A stretch of 12,464 nt of DNA, taken from the NCBI GenBank assembly GCA_043228905.1, contig JBHGNT010001062.1:1-12464 (forward strand), read 5' to 3'. The notes under the pieces were generated by a model. The model was not told where the DNA came from, ran no database searches, and worked only from the letters and a program-made list of their open reading frames with translations. Below, piece by piece: positions 9,894-12,464 of this stretch. The DNA comes from Azolla caroliniana (lineage: Eukaryota; Plantae; Polypodiophyta). Every line of letters starts with the position of its first letter. The first letter of the stretch is position 1. The translations under genes were made by a program, and so were the position numbers.

Positions 9894-12383
9894 GATATCA
9901 CACGAGCCAGGTATGAACATTTTAATTAACTCACGGGCTCTTCGCAACCCCCTCGTCAAATTTGCTAATTTCGTCATGTCTCTCGACCTGAGTTTTAAAA
10001 CCTTGATTTTTTAATTCCATATCATAGGAAGCGTTGTTAGCTTCGATTCGCATGTTTGAACAATAACATCCGATATCACACGGGCCAGGTATGAACATTT
10101 TAATTAACTCACAGGCTCTTCGCAACCCCCTCCTCAAATTTGCTAATTTCGTCATGTCTCTCGACCTGAGTTTCAAAATCTCGATTTTTTAATTCCATAT
10201 CATAGCTAGTGTTGTTAGCTTCGATTCGCATGTTTGAACACAAAAATCCGATATCACAGAAGCCAGGTATGACAATTTTAATTTACTCACGCGCTCTTCT
10301 CAACTCCCTCCTCAAATTTGCTAATTTCGTCATGTCTCTCGACCTGAGTTTTAAAATCCTGATTTTTTAATTCCATATCATAGCTAACGTTGTTAGCTTC
10401 GATTCGCATGTTTGAGCACTAAAATCCGTTGTCACACGGGCCAGGTATGAACATTTTAATTTACTCTCGGGCTCTTCCCAACTCCCTCATCGAATTTGGT
10501 AATTTCTTCACGTCTCTCGACCTGAGTTTCAAAATCTTGATTTTTTAATTCCATATCGTAGGTAGCGTTCTTAGCTTCGATTCGCATGTTTGAACACTAA
10601 CATCCGATATCACACGAGCCAGGTATGAACATTTTAATTAACTCACGGGCTCTTCTCAACCCCCTCCTCAAGTCTGCTAATTTCGTCATGTCTCTCGACA
10701 TGAGTTTCAAAATCTCGATTTTTTAATTGCATATCATACCTAGTATTGTTAGCTTCGATTTGCATGTTGGAACACAAAAATCCGATATCACACGAGCCAG
10801 GTATAACAATTTTAATTTACTCACGCTCTTCTCAACTCCCTCTTCAAATTTGCTAATTTCGTCATGTCTATTGAGCTCAGTTTTCAAATCTTGATTTTTT
10901 AATTCCATATCATAGCTAACGTTGTTAGCTTCGATTCGCATGTTTGAACACTAAAATCCGTTGTCATACGGGCCAGGTATAAACATTTAAATTTACTCTC
11001 GGGCTCTTCCCAACTCCCTCATCAAATTTGGTAATTTCTTCACGTCTCTCGACCTGAGTTTCAAAATCTTGATTTTTTAATTCCATATCGTATGTAGCGT
11101 TGTTAGCTTCGATTCGCATGTTTGAACACTAACATCCGATATCACACGAGCGAGGTATGAACATTTTAATTAACTCACGGGCTCTTCGCAACCCCCTCCT
11201 CAAATTTGCTAATTTCGTCATGTCTCTCGACCTGAGTTTCGAAATCTCGATTTTTTAATTCCATATCATACCTAGTGTTGTTAGCTTCGATTCGCATGTT
11301 TGAACACAAAAATCTGATATCACACAAGCCAGGTATGACAATTTTAATTTACTCACGCGCTCTTCTCAACTCCCTCCTCAAATTTGCTAATTTCGTCATG
11401 TCTCTCGACCTGAGTTTTAAAATCTTAATTTTTTAATTCCATATCATAGCTAACGTTGCTAGCTTCGATTCGCATGTTTGAACACTAAAATCCGATGTCA
11501 CACGGGCCAGGTATGAATATTTTAATTTACTCTCGGGCTCTTGTCAACTCCCTCATCAAATTTGGTAATTTCTTCACGTCACTCGACCTGAGTTTTAAAA
11601 TCTTGATTTTTTAATTCCATATCGTAGGTAGCGTTGTTAGCTTCGATTCGAATGTTTGAACACTAACATCCGATATCACACGAGCCAGGTATGAACATTT
11701 TAATTAACTCACGGGCTCTTCGCAAACTCCTCCTCAAATTTGCTAATTTCGTCATGTCTCTTGACCTGAGTTTTAAAACCTTGATTTTTTAATTCCATAT
11801 CATAGGAAGCGTTGTTAGCTTCGATTCGCATGTTTGAACAGTACCATCTGATATCACACGGGCCAGGTATGAACATTTTAATTAACTCACAGGCTCTTCG
11901 CAACCCCCTCCTCAAATTTGCTAATTTCGTCATGTCTCTCGACCTGAGTTTCAAAATCTCGATTTTTTAATTCCATATCATAGCTAGTGTTGTTAGCTTC
12001 GATTCGCATGTTTGAACACAAAAATCCGATATCACAGAAGCCAGGTATGACAATTTTAATTTACTCACGCGCTCTTCTCAACTCCCTCCTCAAATTTGCT
12101 AATTTCGTCATGTCTCTCGACCTGAGTTTTAAAATCTTGATTTTTTAATTCCATATCATAGCTAACGTTGTTAGCTTCGATTTGCATGTCTGAGCACTAA
12201 AATCCGTTGTCACACGGGCCAGGTATGAACATTTTAATTTACTCTCGGGCTCTTCCCAACTCCCTCATCAAATTTGGTAATTTCTTCACGTCTCTCGACC
12301 TAAGTTTCAAAATCTTGATTTTTTAATTCCATATCGTAGGTAGCGTTGTTAGCTTCGATTCGCATATTTGAACACGAAAATCC
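9894..12383. repeat. 10-monomer higher-order repeat (1778-bp period): one full unit at 9894-11671 and the first four monomers of the next
   Basis: The ordered private variants AAAACCTTG, CATAGGAAGCG, AACTCACAGGC, CACAGAAGCC, GAGCACTAAAATCCGTTG and CTTCCCAAC recur at an offset of 1778 (10x178-2). The spurious ORFs at 9931 and 11709 have the same offset. Confidence 0.75.
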
Positions 12384-12464
12384 GATGTCACACGGGCCAG
12401 GTATGAACATTTTAATTTACTCTCGGGCTCTTCTCAACTCCCTCATCCAATTTGGTAATTTCTT

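Larger units (their letters stand above)
1..12464. repeat. Tandem satellite DNA array, 178-bp monomer, ~70 copies, single orientation (centromeric/heterochromatic-type satellite, family unassigned)
   Basis: The anchor motif CCGAT(A/G/C)TCACACG recurs with its G at 2, 180, 358, 536 ... 3028, then 3254, 3432 ... 12384. 64 of 69 complete intervals are exactly 178 bp. Approximate consensus: GATATCACACGAGCCAGGTATGAACATTTTAATTTACTCACGCGCTCTTCTCAACTCCCTCCTCAAATTTGCTAATTTCGTCATGTCTCTCGACCTGAGTTTCAAAATCTTGATTTTTTAATTCCATATCATAGCTAACGTTGTTAGCTTCGATTCGCATGTTTGAACACAAAAATCC. The tandem repeat is seen directly. A centromeric role is only inferred from the nucleosome-scale unit length. Confidence 0.98.
3254..12464. 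repeat. Satellite subfamily B domain (~52 monomers, higher-order structured)
   Basis: Diagnostic variants: ACTC(A/T)CG(C/G)GCTC, CAACTCCCTC, AATTCCATATC, CAC(A/T)AA(A/C)ATCC. The A-type ACTGAC and CACAGAAA variants are not seen here. Confidence 0.9.

Noticed and set aside
208-11954. The nine short ORFs (61-84 aa), including the recurring MRIEANNASYDMELKNQ…KFEEGV peptide on the minus strand
   Set aside because: All are translations of the satellite. 178 is not a multiple of 3, so the frame shifts in every unit. One minus-strand frame is open for ~55 codons in some monomers, but the common CACTAA variant puts a TAG stop in it. I recognise no domain. The E/K richness reflects the purine-rich strand.
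1-12464. CRISPR array (conserved boxes alternating with more variable sequence)
   Set aside because: The variable parts are homologous between units rather than unique spacers, the period is 178 bp, and there are no cas genes or leader.
1-12464. Identification as Arabidopsis CEN178/CEN180, Brassica CentBr or alpha satellite
   Set aside because: Only the unit length is similar. The sequence does not match those consensuses as I recall them. A BLAST search is needed for any assignment.
1-12464. 5S rDNA, tRNA or snRNA tandem gene array
   Set aside because: I could not recognise a 5S, tRNA cloverleaf or snRNA sequence in the monomer on either strand. An Rfam/Infernal scan would settle this.

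Overview
The whole window is one head-to-tail tandem satellite array with a 178-bp monomer (about 70 copies, about 38% GC by my count of a consensus monomer). It is typical of eukaryotic centromeric, pericentromeric or subtelomeric satellite DNA. I cannot assign the family or species from memory. There are no credible genes, RNAs, CRISPR arrays or transposons, and the short ORFs are by-products of the repeat. The informative signal is internal architecture. Two monomer subfamilies meet in register at ~3250-3290. Subfamily A shows a shrinking 5-4-3-mer higher-order pattern. Subfamily B shows trimer-based 6-mer and 10-mer higher-order repeats. There are two very recent local duplications and two out-of-register deletion junctions, and monomer length is otherwise almost invariant. 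I found no evidence for a novel gene system.
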